From NCBI GenBank assembly GCA_039922495.1, contig JBDTEO010000017.1, positions 84,430 through 148,429 on the forward strand: DNA of 64,000 nucleotides. Reading direction: 5' to 3'. The translations under genes and the position numbers were made by a program. Source of the DNA: Candidatus Dormibacter sp. Its GTDB lineage: Bacteria > Chloroflexota > Dormibacteria > CF-121. This document shows, piece after piece, positions 1 to 9,967 of this stretch; positions within the stretch are counted from its first letter, which is position 1; each line of letters opens with the position of its first letter. The notes below the pieces were generated by a model, which saw only the letters and a program-made list of their open reading frames with translations, ran no database searches and was not told the DNA's origin.

Positions 1-914
1 TCGCCGCGCTCTTCTTCCTGGTGATCACGGTGTCAGCGCTGCGATTCGGCGCCGTCGGCTCGGTGTTGTGCGCTGGACTCGTAGCGGTGCTGTACATCAC
101 GGCCGGCGCGGTCTCGCCACTCCAGAACGGGACCTACGTCGCCACGGTGACGTTTGACCGGATCATCATCCTCCAGCGGCTCTTCCTCTTCCTGGTCGTC
201 GCCGTCCTCGGATCGGTGATGGCCCGCGCGGTCTCATCGCACCAGGAACTCGTGACGCGCCGCGACGTCGAGGCCAAATTGATGACCGAAGTCAACATGG
301 CGCTGGCCAACGCGATCGAGGCCAAGGACAGCTACACGCGCGGCCATTCCGAGCGGCTCGCCAAGCTGGCCGGCGCATGCGCCGAGCGCATGGGCCTGTC
401 GCGCGACGAGGCAGCCGCCGTTCGCCTGGGGGCCATCCTTCACGACGTCGGCAAGATCGGGATTCCGGATCGTATCCTCCGGCAGGCGATGGCGCTGACC
501 GAGGACGAAATGGCCTGGATGCGCCGGCACCCGCAAATCGGGGCAGATATCATCGGTCCGGTCGAAGGGCTGCACCACGTCGCCCCGCTGATCCGGCACC
601 ACCACGAGAAATTCGACGGCACCGGCTACCCGAAAGGGCTGAAGGGGGAGGAGATTCCCCTTGGTTCGCGCATCATCGCCGTCGCCGACGCCTTCGAAGC
701 GATGGTGGCGGACCGGATCTATCGCCCATCGCTCGGCCTGGCCAAGGCGCTGGACGAGATCCGCGGAGGTCGGGGGACCCATTTCGACCCGCAGGTGGTC
801 GACACCTTCCTCGATTTGATCGCCACCGACACGGTGCACCTCCCGCTCCCGACCAAGGATCAGGGCCAGAAGCCCCTACCGGCCAGGCCGGAAGAAGCGC
901 AGAGCGCGGCCTAG
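1..914 (+). CDS. HD-GYP domain c-di-GMP phosphodiesterase with N-terminal transmembrane segments; reading frame is open to the window edge, so the 5' end may be truncated
   Basis: HDVGKIG ... HHHEKFDGTGYPKGL motifs (HD-GYP signature); two hydrophobic helices at the N-terminus; in-frame sequence with no stop upstream of the GTG at 21. Confidence 0.8.
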   Translation, partial: AALFFLVITVSALRFGAVGSVLCAGLVAVLYITAGAVSPLQNGTYVATVTFDRIIILQRLFLFLVVAVLGSVMARAVSSHQELVTRRDVEAKLMTEVNMALANAIEAKDSYTRGHSERLAKLAGACAERMGLSRDEAAAVRLGAILHDVGKIGIPDRILRQAMALTEDEMAWMRRHPQIGADIIGPVEGLHHVAPLIRHHHEKFDGTGYPKGLKGEEIPLGSRIIAVADAFEAMVADRIYRPSLGLAKALDEIRGGRGTHFDPQVVDTFLDLIATDTVHLPLPTKDQGQKPLPARPEEAQSAA

Positions 915-941
915 TCCGACCGCTCCGCTAACGTTAGCGCC

Positions 942-1910
942 GTGCAGGTCGCGGACGGCATTTACCGGCTCGAGCTGCCGATGCCATTCGAGCTCCGGCA
1001 CGTCAACGTCTACCTGATTCGTGATGGCGATGGCTTCACCCTGATCGACACCGGGTTGCAAACGGAGGAGTCGCGCCAGGCTCTTCACGCCAAGCTCGCC
1101 GAGCTCGAGGTTTCGCTCGATCGGATCCGACGCATCCTGATCACCCATATCCATCCGGATCACTTCGGCCTCGCGGCAGAACTGCGCGAGCAATCGAAGG
1201 CCGAGCTCGTGATCCATCGCCTGGAGGTCGCGTTGATGGAGCCGCGCTATGCGCGCGCCGAGGACCTGGTGCATGACGTCGCAGCCTGGTTGAGCAAGAA
1301 TGGCGTGCCGATCCAGGAGGCGGAGTTCCTGAAATCGGCGTCGATGGCGGCTCGCGAGTTCGTGTCCGTGGTTGAGCCGGACACCTTGCTGGAAGGCGCT
1401 GAGCGCCTCGCAGTTGCCGGCGGTGAGCTGCTGGCAGTCTGGACACCGGGCCATTCGCCCGGCCATTGCTGTTTTTACTGGCCGCAACGCCGCCTACTCT
1501 TTTCCGGTGATCACCTGCTGCCGAAGATCAGCCCGAACATTGGCCTGCATCCTCAGTCCGGCGCCGACCCGCTCGCGGACTACCTCGCGTCGCTGGAGCG
1601 GATCCGACGGCTCGACGTGAGTCAGGTGTTGCCGGCGCATGGCGACCCGTTTGCCGACCACGCGGGACGCATCGCCAGCATCGTGAGGCACCACCGGGAG
1701 CGCAAGGACGCGCTCGTACGGCTGGCGGCGGAGCGGTCGCAGTCAGGCTGGGAGCTGGCCAGTCGTCTGTTCCACGGCATTATGGAGCGCAATGTCTTCC
1801 AACAACGCCTCGCGCTCCAGGAAACCCTGGCCCATTGCCAGTCGCTCGCCGAAGAGGGCCGGATCCGCAAGGAACTGCGGGACGGCCTGGTCACGTGGGG
1901 CGAAGCCTAA
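942..1910 (+). CDS. MBL-fold metallo-hydrolase
   Basis: HIHPDHFG (HxHxDH) and downstream HSPGH metal-binding motifs. Confidence 0.75.
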   Translation: MQVADGIYRLELPMPFELRHVNVYLIRDGDGFTLIDTGLQTEESRQALHAKLAELEVSLDRIRRILITHIHPDHFGLAAELREQSKAELVIHRLEVALMEPRYARAEDLVHDVAAWLSKNGVPIQEAEFLKSASMAAREFVSVVEPDTLLEGAERLAVAGGELLAVWTPGHSPGHCCFYWPQRRLLFSGDHLLPKISPNIGLHPQSGADPLADYLASLERIRRLDVSQVLPAHGDPFADHAGRIASIVRHHRERKDALVRLAAERSQSGWELASRLFHGIMERNVFQQRLALQETLAHCQSLAEEGRIRKELRDGLVTWGEA

Positions 1911-2689
1911 CCACTCCTCGACTCGACGCGCTCGATGAATCGCAGCACGAGGTCCACCACCGTCGCGAACTGTTCCGAATGCACCTGGTGCCCGCCTGGG
2001 TCCAGGATGGCGAGCTCGGCATCGGGCAGGCCGGCCGCCAGTTCCTCAGCTCGCTGGACCGGTACCATGCGATCCTGCCGGCCGTGGATGAGGAGCACCG
2101 GTTGCGGGATTTCCCCCAGCCTCCGGCAGGTGTCGTGGTTGCGGACGGCCTGGTCTTGCCGGTGGATGGCATGCAACGGCATCTTTCCGAAGTGCCCCGC
2201 GTCCTCGGCGACCCAATCCGGGTTTTGCAGGATGAAGGCGGGATCGTAGAGATTCGCGTAGCGGGCGAGCGGATTGCCGGTAAGCTTCGCAGGCGGTTGC
2301 CGGCCGTCACCCGGAGCGGCCTTGCCGCAGTGGGTCGCGGCCAGGATCAGGCTCCGAACAGCATCCGGGTGGCTGAGGGCGAGTTGTTGGAGGATCATGC
2401 CCCCGAGTGAGATCCCGAACCAGTGGGCCGAGGTTTCGCCCGCCGCAAAAAGGACGGTGAGCGCATCCTCGGCCATCATCGCGGTGCTGTAATCGTGGTC
2501 CGGCTTGTCCGAGAGGCCGGCGCCCCGGCTGTCGAGGGCGATCACCCGCAGCTGCTTGGCCAGGACCGGAATGTAGCGCCACCAGGCGGCGTCGATGGTC
2601 GACGTCTTCCCGCCGACCAGCACCACCGGCGGCCCGGCGCCGTTAATCGTGTAGTGCAGGCGGGTGCCATCCCTGGCGGTGGCGATCAT
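1907..2689 (-). CDS. alpha/beta hydrolase fold protein
   Basis: GISLGGM nucleophile elbow (GxSxG), HGRQDRMVP near the C-terminus, length typical of the fold; 4-nt overlap with the upstream gene. Confidence 0.7.
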   Translation of the reverse strand: MIATARDGTRLHYTINGAGPPVVLVGGKTSTIDAAWWRYIPVLAKQLRVIALDSRGAGLSDKPDHDYSTAMMAEDALTVLFAAGETSAHWFGISLGGMILQQLALSHPDAVRSLILAATHCGKAAPGDGRQPPAKLTGNPLARYANLYDPAFILQNPDWVAEDAGHFGKMPLHAIHRQDQAVRNHDTCRRLGEIPQPVLLIHGRQDRMVPVQRAEELAAGLPDAELAILDPGGHQVHSEQFATVVDLVLRFIERVESRSG

Positions 2690-2710
2690 GGGCGTTTACG
2701 ATGATGACGC

Positions 2711-3022
2711 ATGCAAGACGACCCACCCAGCACCAGCGTCCCCGAACCAGCCTGGCGTGCGCTCCGCTCGCTCGATCCGCAGGCCGAGGCCGACGCCGTC
2801 AGCCTGGCGGGATGCCTGGCGCTCGCGGAACAGCGCTTTCGCATCCTCTTTTCCGACGTGCTGCCGCGCTTTGGCGGCGCGGCGCATGGTGACCTCAGTG
2901 GTGAGGCCGACGTCCTGGCTGACGCGCATCATGCCCTGACCCTGCTCCAGGAGAGCCTTCATGTCAGCGCGCGCCGGATGCTCGACGTGCTGGACCGCGT
3001 CAGTCGCGAGCTAGGGGAGTAG
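2711..3022 (+). CDS. hypothetical protein
   Basis: ORF with genome-typical codon bias, divergent from the hydrolase gene; no recognisable motif. Confidence 0.35.
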   Translation: MQDDPPSTSVPEPAWRALRSLDPQAEADAVSLAGCLALAEQRFRILFSDVLPRFGGAAHGDLSGEADVLADAHHALTLLQESLHVSARRMLDVLDRVSRELGE

Positions 3023-3033
3023 GCGTCCGGGGC

Positions 3034-3378
3034 CTAGAGGCCCTGCCGGTCGAGGCGCTCCCAGGGCTCATGCTCGCTTCCCAGCTCCCGCTTGATTTCG
3101 GTGGCTCGATCCACGTTGTCGAGGCTGTCCTCCGGGGAGCGCGGCCGGACACGCTGCCAGGGCGCTGGGTCATAGTGTGAGTGCTCGACCGGCGGCCGAA
3201 ACCCCCAGGCGCGACTCGGCATGACGCCCGAGGTTTGGCGCAGCGGCGTGGGCGCATCGCCGTCCGCGTAGACCAACTCGCCGCCCATGCCGGGCCGGAG
3301 GGTCATCAACAGCCCGGCGATCACGACCACCGCCGCCCAGCCTCCGAGGATGGCCACCGCCCAGTCGTTCAGGCTCAC
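3034..3378 (-). CDS. hypothetical membrane-anchored protein
   Basis: N-terminal hydrophobic helix (AVAILGGWAAVVVIAGLLM); stop/start overlap with the upstream TauE gene suggests co-transcription. Confidence 0.4.
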   Translation of the reverse strand: MSLNDWAVAILGGWAAVVVIAGLLMTLRPGMGGELVYADGDAPTPLRQTSGVMPSRAWGFRPPVEHSHYDPAPWQRVRPRSPEDSLDNVDRATEIKRELGSEHEPWERLDRQGL

Positions 3379-4202
3379 TGATCCGCCATTGTAGGCCGCG
3401 CTGGCGGGGCTGCTGCCTGCGGCCGCAACATGCGAACGCCGGTGAAGGCGAGGTACGCGCCGAAGAGGATCCGCAGCAGTTCGTCGGGCGCCGCCAGGGC
3501 GATCAGCGCACCGGCCACCGCCCCGACGATGCCGCCCAGTGACATCCAGGCGGCGGTGACAAATCGAAGATTGCCCATCCGACGATGCGTGACCGACCCG
3601 GCGATCGCGGTCGGGATGATGACCGCCAGCGATGTGCCCTGGGCAACGTGCTGGCTGAGTCCCAACAGGAGCACCATGGCCGGCACCATGATGGCGCCGC
3701 CGCCGATCCCGAGCAACCCGCTGCCGAGCCCCGCGACCAGGCCGATCGCCAACCCGATCACGACCAGCGCCACGCCGGTGGGCCGTAGCGCCGTTCCGTG
3801 GTGCAGGCCGGTGCCGATCGCGTGCACGATCGCATCGCCGACCATGATCGCGCCGACAACGGTGGCGACCAGGCCAAAGGCCTGCCGCAGCCGCGCCGCG
3901 GAGATTCGACGCGTCAGGCGGGCGCCGGCGACGGCGCCGAGGACCGCGCCGACCGCGAGCAGCAGTGCCGTCCCGGGATCGACGTCATGTCCCTTGCCGA
4001 GGATGATTGTTCCCACGACTGCCACTGGGATGATGACCGCCAGCGAGGTGCCGTGGGCTTCGTGCTGGCGGGCCTTCAGCCAGGACACCATGCTGGGAAC
4101 CATCACGAAGCCACCGCCGACGCCGAGCAAGCCGCTGGCCAGGCCGGTGGCGGCGCCGATAGCCAGCATGGCGGCGACCCGAGTCCGGCCCGCGGCGATC
4201 AC
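3375..4202 (-). CDS. sulfite exporter TauE/SafE family membrane protein (DUF81)
   Basis: Internally duplicated 4-TM halves, each with a GxGGGxxxVP-like motif, typical of TauE/SafE. Confidence 0.7.
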   Translation of the reverse strand: MIAAGRTRVAAMLAIGAATGLASGLLGVGGGFVMVPSMVSWLKARQHEAHGTSLAVIIPVAVVGTIILGKGHDVDPGTALLLAVGAVLGAVAGARLTRRISAARLRQAFGLVATVVGAIMVGDAIVHAIGTGLHHGTALRPTGVALVVIGLAIGLVAGLGSGLLGIGGGAIMVPAMVLLLGLSQHVAQGTSLAVIIPTAIAGSVTHRRMGNLRFVTAAWMSLGGIVGAVAGALIALAAPDELLRILFGAYLAFTGVRMLRPQAAAPPARPTMADQ

Positions 4203-4262
4203 CCTGCCAGTCTAGGCAGCCCGGCCAGCGTCCTACACTGAGGGAGCACGCAAAGGAGGAAA

Positions 4263-5339
4263 ATGGCCACCGCCACCGCGACGTCGCTCAGCAAGCTGGA
4301 ATCGATCCTCGGCGACGACGCCAAGAGCTTGCTCGAGCACGAGTGTAAAACGATCCACAAGTCGCAACTGCATCTTCCCGGCCCCACCTTCGTCACCAGC
4401 ATCTTTGCGACCAGCGATCGCCCGACCCGGGTGCTCCGTAGCCTCGAGTCGCTGTTCGATCACGGCCGTCTCGCAGGGACGGGGTACCTCTCGATCCTGC
4501 CCGTGGACCAGGGGGTCGAGCACTCCGCCGGCGCGTCGTTCGCCGCCAATCCAGCCTACTTCGACGGCGAAAGGATCGTCGAGCTGGCGATCGAGGGCGG
4601 CTGCAATGCCGTGGCCTCGACGTTCGGCGTGCTCGGCTCGGTGGCCCGAAAGTATGCCCACAAGATTCCCTTCATCTGCAAGCTCAATCACAATGAGCTG
4701 CTGACCTATCCGAACAGGTACGATCAGATCCGTTTCGGAACGGTTCGGGAGGCATGGGAGCTCGGCGCGGTGGCGTTGGGCGCGACGATCTACTTTGGCT
4801 CACCGGAATCCGACCGGCAGATCCAGGAAATCTCGGCCGCGTTTCACGAGGCCCACGAGCTTGGCCTGGCCACCGTGCTGTGGTGCTACGTCCGCAACCC
4901 CGCCTTCGAAAAGGACGGCGTGAATTATGAAGTCGCCGCCGATCTGACCGGGCAGGCCAACCATATGGGCGTGACGATCGAGGCCGACATCATCAAGCAG
5001 AAGCTGCCCGAAACCAACCGCGGCTTCGAGGCGCTCAAGTTCGGCAAGACGTCTCAGGCGGTCTACGAGAAGCTGACGACAGACCACCCGATCGATCTGA
5101 CCCGGTATCAGGTGGCGAATTGCTACATGGGCCGCAGCGGGCTCATCAATTCGGGTGGGGCCTCGTCGGGAGAGAGCGACCTCAAGGAGGCAGTCAAGAC
5201 GGCGGTGATCAACAAGCGCGCCGGTGGTACCGGCCTGATTACCGGGCGCAAGGCTTTCATGCGGCCGATGCGGGACGGTATTCAGCTGCTGAACGCGGTC
5301 CAGGATGTCTACCTGATGGACGAGGTCACGGTCGCCTGA
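4263..5339 (+). CDS. fbaB: class I fructose-bisphosphate aldolase (DhnA/FbaB type)
   Basis: Near-identical blocks to E. coli FbaB ([49 protein letters not shown]); AAAGGAGG RBS upstream. Confidence 0.85.
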   Translation: MATATATSLSKLESILGDDAKSLLEHECKTIHKSQLHLPGPTFVTSIFATSDRPTRVLRSLESLFDHGRLAGTGYLSILPVDQGVEHSAGASFAANPAYFDGERIVELAIEGGCNAVASTFGVLGSVARKYAHKIPFICKLNHNELLTYPNRYDQIRFGTVREAWELGAVALGATIYFGSPESDRQIQEISAAFHEAHELGLATVLWCYVRNPAFEKDGVNYEVAADLTGQANHMGVTIEADIIKQKLPETNRGFEALKFGKTSQAVYEKLTTDHPIDLTRYQVANCYMGRSGLINSGGASSGESDLKEAVKTAVINKRAGGTGLITGRKAFMRPMRDGIQLLNAVQDVYLMDEVTVA

Positions 5340-5359
5340 GCCGCCGGTAGAATCGCCCC

Positions 5360-5557
5360 ATGGCACGCCTGCGGGCAACCGATTCGGGACAGGTCTACAA
5401 CATCGACCTCGCCGAGCTCAAGGTCAGCCGGGACGACGTCGACGGCATCTACGTCCTGCACGGCCGGGGGCATTTTCAGATCTTTCCCACCCGCGAGGAG
5501 GCCTTCGATCGCAAGAAGGAAATGGAATCCGCGAGCGGTAAGTACTGGATGAGGTAA
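5360..5557 (+). CDS. small hypothetical protein (65 aa)
   Basis: Short ORF 20 nt downstream of fbaB, converging on the HTH gene; no motif. Confidence 0.3.
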   Translation: MARLRATDSGQVYNIDLAELKVSRDDVDGIYVLHGRGHFQIFPTREEAFDRKKEMESASGKYWMR

Positions 5558-5564
5558 GGCGACG

Positions 5565-5852
5565 TCAGGGGTCGCCCACCCAGTCGGCGGCCGCTGGAAG
5601 GGGACGGTGGCCCCGGCTGGGCTCAACGCGCAGGACGCCCTGGAGGTCACGCCGGCGGTAGAGCCGCTGGCGCCGAATCCCCTGGCGGTAGCTCCGCAGC
5701 AGACCCCGGCTGACGTAGGCGTAGAGCGTCGCCGGCTTGACGCCGAGCAGCGCGCAGGCCTCGGAGGAGCTCAGGTAGTGCTCGCCGTGAATCTCGACCA
5801 TAATTCGGCTCCCAGCGTACGATGCCGGGCGCGGTTCAATCGTAACAGTCAA
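5565..5852 (-). CDS. helix-turn-helix DNA-binding protein (MerR/excisionase-like HTH)
   Basis: ACALLGVKPATLYAYVSRGLL is a typical HTH_17/MerR-type recognition helix; divergent from the synthase gene at 5893. Confidence 0.5.
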   Translation of the reverse strand: MTVTIEPRPASYAGSRIMVEIHGEHYLSSSEACALLGVKPATLYAYVSRGLLRSYRQGIRRQRLYRRRDLQGVLRVEPSRGHRPLPAAADWVGDP

Positions 5853-5892
5853 CTTATTGCAATGGAAATCAACATATGTATAGAATCGGGTC

Positions 5893-7215
5893 GTGGAGAT
5901 GACGGACCCGATCCAGCCGAACCTCCTGCGCGACGACTTTCCCTACACGCGGATTCCCCCGATCCGGCTGGAGGCGACTGGTGTGCCACTGGCGACGCCC
6001 GCCGACCTCTTCATCACCGATACGACGTTCCGCGACGGACAGCAGGCGCGGGCTCCCTACACGCCCGAGCAGATCGTGCATCTCTACGACCTGCTGGGGG
6101 CGATGGGCGGCCGCGTGGTTCGGCAGGCGGAGTTCTTCGCCTACACGCAAACCGATCGGGAGGCGATCGCCGCCTGCCAGCAGCGACCCGGCCCGGAGGT
6201 CACCACCTGGATGCGAGCCGCGCCGGACGACCTGCGCCAGGTCCGCGCCACCGGCGTCAAGGAGTCGGGCATCCTGCTCTCGGCCTCGGATTACCACATC
6301 TATCTCAAGATGAAGCGCACGCGCCGGCAGGCGGCGGAGGAGTATATCGCCGTCGTGCGCGCGGTCATCGAGGCCGGGATCCGTCCCCGCTGCCATCTCG
6401 AAGATCTGACCCGCGCCGATCTCGACGGGTTCGTCGCGCCCCTGGTCGACGCTCTGCAAGAACTTGGGCGGGAGGCAAACGTGCCCGTGAAATTCCGCCT
6501 CTGCGACACGATGGGCTTTGGCCTGCCGTGGCCCGAGGCGTCGCTGCCGCGCGGCGTGCCCCGACTGGTCCAGTTTTTCACCCGGACACTCAACGTCCCA
6601 TCCGAGCGGCTGGAATGGCATGGGCATAACGATTTCCACCGCGGCGAGGTCAACACCGTCGCCGCCTGGCTCTATGGCTGTTCCGCGGCCAACGGCTCAC
6701 TGTTCGGCTTTGGCGAGCGAACCGGGAACCCACCGCTGGAGGCGCTGCTGATCGACTACATCGGCCTCAAGGGGGACGAGGAGGGTATCGACACCACGGC
6801 GATCACGCGCGCCGCGGCCTATTTCCGCGATCAACTCGGTACGCCGCTGCCGGCCAACTATCCCTTTGCCGGGGCCGGCTTCAACGTCACCAGCGCCGGC
6901 ATCCACGCCGATGGCCTGATGAAGAATGAGGAGATCTACAACATCTTCGACACCGGACGCATCCTCGATCGCCCCCTCGGGATCACGGTCAACGATCGGT
7001 CTGGGTTGGCCGGCGTTGCCTACTGGGTCAACACGACCTTTGGGTTGCGTGAGAAGGACCAGATTCGAAAAGACGACCCGCGGACCATCGCCGTCCACGC
7101 CGAGGTCGAACGACAGTATGCGAGCGGGCGGACGACCGGATTTTCTCCGGACGAGATGCAAGCCCTCGCCCGGTTGCATTTCGGCAACGCCCTGGCAACG
7201 ACCGCGCGAAGCTAA
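5893..7215 (+). CDS. 2-isopropylmalate/(R)-citramalate/homocitrate synthase family enzyme (HMGL-like TIM barrel, short form)
   Basis: TTFRDGQQA substrate motif, HGHNDFHRGE ... GERTGN metal/catalytic motifs, LeuA-like PANYPFAGAGFNVTSAGIH subdomain II. Confidence 0.75.
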   Translation: MEMTDPIQPNLLRDDFPYTRIPPIRLEATGVPLATPADLFITDTTFRDGQQARAPYTPEQIVHLYDLLGAMGGRVVRQAEFFAYTQTDREAIAACQQRPGPEVTTWMRAAPDDLRQVRATGVKESGILLSASDYHIYLKMKRTRRQAAEEYIAVVRAVIEAGIRPRCHLEDLTRADLDGFVAPLVDALQELGREANVPVKFRLCDTMGFGLPWPEASLPRGVPRLVQFFTRTLNVPSERLEWHGHNDFHRGEVNTVAAWLYGCSAANGSLFGFGERTGNPPLEALLIDYIGLKGDEEGIDTTAITRAAAYFRDQLGTPLPANYPFAGAGFNVTSAGIHADGLMKNEEIYNIFDTGRILDRPLGITVNDRSGLAGVAYWVNTTFGLREKDQIRKDDPRTIAVHAEVERQYASGRTTGFSPDEMQALARLHFGNALATTARS

Positions 7216-7262
7216 CAGGTTGAGGTCGGCCTCGCCGTTGATGCAGCAGAGGCATCACGGCG

Positions 7263-8987
7263 ATGAACAACGCTGGCGCCCTGACGCCGCCCACGGTGCC
7301 ACCCGCGCCAACATGGTGGCGGCAGCACCGTGTCCCGGTGGTCGCAACCGGCCTCGCCATTGGGGTTGGTGCCCTCAGCGTATCCGCCGCCCTCGTCCTG
7401 CTGGCAAAACCCATGGCGACGGTCGAGACCATGGTGCCCGCGACCGCCGATGTCATGGTGCTGGCGAACCTCGACCCATCCGTCGCGCAAAAGGTGAACT
7501 TCGCGCGTGCCCTGCACCGGTTTCCCGATACGAAGACTGACCTCGCGATCACCAGCACCCTTGAGGATGCGCTCAAGGTGACCGGACTCAGCTATCGCGC
7601 CGACCTGCAGCCGTGGCTGGGTGGAGAGCTCGGAGCCAGCGCCAAGCTCAACGACGATAGCTCGGCCGACACGGCCGTCACGCTCTACTTCGTGTCGCGC
7701 GATGATGCCAAGGCCAAGGCCTTCCTCGCGAAGCTTCGGACGCTCGCACCCGGCAAGACGATGCAGTGGCAGGACGAGACCTACGGCGGCCTCACCATCT
7801 CGGTGGGCACGCCGAGCCAGAGTACCGGCAAGCCGGCTGCCTACACCTACGTGAACCACGTCGCGGTCATGGCGACCTCGAGGGCGATGGTCAAGGAAGC
7901 CATCGACACCGCGCAGGGTCGGACGCCTCGACTGATCGATTCGCCGGCATACAAGGCCACGATTGGCAGCCTCCCGAGCGACCGCGTCGGTCTCGCCTTT
8001 GTCAACGGAATCTCGCTGGTCGCCGGCATTAAGAAGCAGTTGGCGAAGGCACCGTCAGCGAGCAAGCCGATCGTGGGAAACGTGCGCGACCTCGACGCCT
8101 TCGTCGGGATTGGCGCGACCCTGTCCGCCGCCGGAAACGGCATCCAGGCCGATCTCGTGGTCAAGCTGGACCAGTCCAAGCTGTCGCCGGCCACGCGCGA
8201 GGCATTCAGCCACGCGGGGCACGCCGACGGCGTGATCAGCTGGATTCCAGGGCAAAGCGATGGCTTCGTCGCGGTCGGAGATCTCAATCGGACGATGCAA
8301 ACGCTGGTTGATGCCTCCACGTCGGACCCGTCGATTTCGGCCAGCACCAATGCCTTTGGGCTCACCGGCCCCGGCGGTGTGCTGCCGCACCTCACGGGCG
8401 ACGCCGCGCTCGAAGCGCAGGTCGGATCGAAGGCCGGGCCTGCGGGCGCCCTGCTGCTCCGGAGCGACGATGCCCGGAGCCTTAGCGCCTTCTTCAGTAA
8501 GCTCCTCACGCTCGCGTCGTCGAGCGGCAGCGTGCTCACCCCAGGCCTGAGTGCGACACAGCGCCAGCCCGCGATCGCGGCGGGGGCGACAACCACCTAC
8601 CGTGGCGTCCTGATCACCTCGCGGTCGGCGCTGCCGGGCCTGACCGGGCTTGCGCCCTCCTACGCCGTGCTCGATGGCATGGGCATTCTTGGCTCCAATC
8701 TGGCGGCCGTCGAGGCCGTGATCGATACCCACAAGGGAGGGCCCTCGATGGCCAACGAACCGACCTACAGGGCCGCTGCCGGCGCTTCGATCGCCAGGCC
8801 GAGCGCTGTGTTCTTTGTCAAAACGGGGAGCCTCCTGCAGGCGGCGCGCCAGCTCAAGGTGCCGGGCGCGACCAGAACGGTCGACGGCCAGACGGTGGCG
8901 ACGCTGGAACCGATCAAGGCGCTCAGCCTCACCTCGACCAGCCAGGCCGACCAGCTGGTGGAGCGCCTCTTCCTTCTCATCGAGTAG
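7263..8987 (+). CDS. membrane-anchored hypothetical protein (DUF3352-like)
   Basis: Single N-terminal TM, then a 530-aa Ala/Thr/Ser-rich extracytoplasmic domain; family assignment by recall only. Confidence 0.5.
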   Translation: MNNAGALTPPTVPPAPTWWRQHRVPVVATGLAIGVGALSVSAALVLLAKPMATVETMVPATADVMVLANLDPSVAQKVNFARALHRFPDTKTDLAITSTLEDALKVTGLSYRADLQPWLGGELGASAKLNDDSSADTAVTLYFVSRDDAKAKAFLAKLRTLAPGKTMQWQDETYGGLTISVGTPSQSTGKPAAYTYVNHVAVMATSRAMVKEAIDTAQGRTPRLIDSPAYKATIGSLPSDRVGLAFVNGISLVAGIKKQLAKAPSASKPIVGNVRDLDAFVGIGATLSAAGNGIQADLVVKLDQSKLSPATREAFSHAGHADGVISWIPGQSDGFVAVGDLNRTMQTLVDASTSDPSISASTNAFGLTGPGGVLPHLTGDAALEAQVGSKAGPAGALLLRSDDARSLSAFFSKLLTLASSSGSVLTPGLSATQRQPAIAAGATTTYRGVLITSRSALPGLTGLAPSYAVLDGMGILGSNLAAVEAVIDTHKGGPSMANEPTYRAAAGASIARPSAVFFVKTGSLLQAARQLKVPGATRTVDGQTVATLEPIKALSLTSTSQADQLVERLFLLIE

Positions 8988-8999
8988 TTCTGGTACGCT

Positions 9000-9021
9000 A
9001 CTGACTGACGTGTCAGTCAGT
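9000..9021. promoter_or_regulatory. palindromic operator-like site overlapping the TetR-family gene start
   Basis: CTGACTGAC-GT-GTCAGTCAG: perfect 9-bp inverted repeat with a 2-bp spacer. Confidence 0.5.
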
Positions 9022-9660
9022 GTAAAGCCGGTGCAAGCGGCGTCCGTGACCCAGCGACAGTGGGTCCGGCGGGGTGAGCTTCTCGAGGCCGCCCGGCGCG
9101 TATTCGAGCGCGACGGCTATCACGCCGCGGCCGTCAGCGCGATCGTGCAGGCAGCGGGCCTCTCGCAGGGCGCCTTTTATCTCTACTTCCCGGACAAGAA
9201 GGCCATCTTCGCGGCCCTGCAGGAGGAAATGGCGACGCTGCTTCGGCGGCGGATCTACTGGGCCACTCGCGACGAGGGCGATCCAGGTGCCCGCCTCGAG
9301 GCGGGATTGCGATCCTATTTCGAGTTCTACGCCGAGTACGCGGAATGGAATCGGCGTTTGCAGACCCAGGGGCTCGGCATCGATGCCAGCTTCGAGGCGC
9401 GCCAGGCCGACCTCAATCAGTCGCTCGTGCTGGCCTTTGGCCCGACATTTGTCGAGCTGGGGGTTGACGAGCCGGCCGTCGCCGGGTTCGCCTTGATCGG
9501 GATGGCGCAGCAACTGGCGTATGCGCAGCGGTTCGGCTCGTCGACCCCGCAGCTTTCCGCCGATGCTCTCGCCCAGGCGTGCGCCCGCCTGTTCCGTCAC
9601 GGCGCAGCCGGTATCACCGCACCAAGCATCACGACAAAAAGAGGAGAACACCATGCCTGA
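9010..9660 (+). CDS. TetR/AcrR family transcriptional regulator
   Basis: N-terminal HTH (GYHAAAVSAIVQAAGLSQGAFYLYFPDKKAIF); GTG start inside the palindrome; the ORF-track ORF runs further upstream only by read-through. Confidence 0.75.
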   Translation: MSVSVKPVQAASVTQRQWVRRGELLEAARRVFERDGYHAAAVSAIVQAAGLSQGAFYLYFPDKKAIFAALQEEMATLLRRRIYWATRDEGDPGARLEAGLRSYFEFYAEYAEWNRRLQTQGLGIDASFEARQADLNQSLVLAFGPTFVELGVDEPAVAGFALIGMAQQLAYAQRFGSSTPQLSADALAQACARLFRHGAAGITAPSITTKRGEHHA

Positions 9661-9967
9661 CGCCAAGGAAGTTTTCACCGAGATCGAGAACCGCATCCGG
9701 TCCAAGCCCGAGAAGGCGGCCGGGCTCAATGCCACCTACCAGTTCGACCTCAGCGGCGAGAGCTGGACCCTGCAGCTGAATAACGGCGTCCCGACGCTGA
9801 CGTCGGGGGCGGCCACCAGCCCGAACACCACCTTGATGGCGAGCACCGACGACTGGATGAACATCGCGACCGGCAAGCTCAATCCGGTCACGGCCTTCAT
9901 GCAGCAGAAGCTCAAGGTCAAAGGCGACATGGGCCTGGCCATGAAGCTGCAGGGGTTGCTGCAGTAG
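9653..9967 (+). CDS. SCP2 sterol-carrier-like domain protein
   Basis: LKVKGDMGLAMKL C-terminal SCP2 signature; AAAAGAGGAG RBS; ATG overlaps the TetR stop by 8 nt. Confidence 0.7.
   Translation: MPDAKEVFTEIENRIRSKPEKAAGLNATYQFDLSGESWTLQLNNGVPTLTSGAATSPNTTLMASTDDWMNIATGKLNPVTAFMQQKLKVKGDMGLAMKLQGLLQ

Noticed and set aside
3430-4215. 261-aa plus-strand ORF antisense to the TauE/SafE gene
   Set aside because: Pro/Ala/Thr/Arg-rich low-complexity translation typical of the wrong frame in high-GC DNA. The opposite strand encodes a clear duplicated TM exporter.
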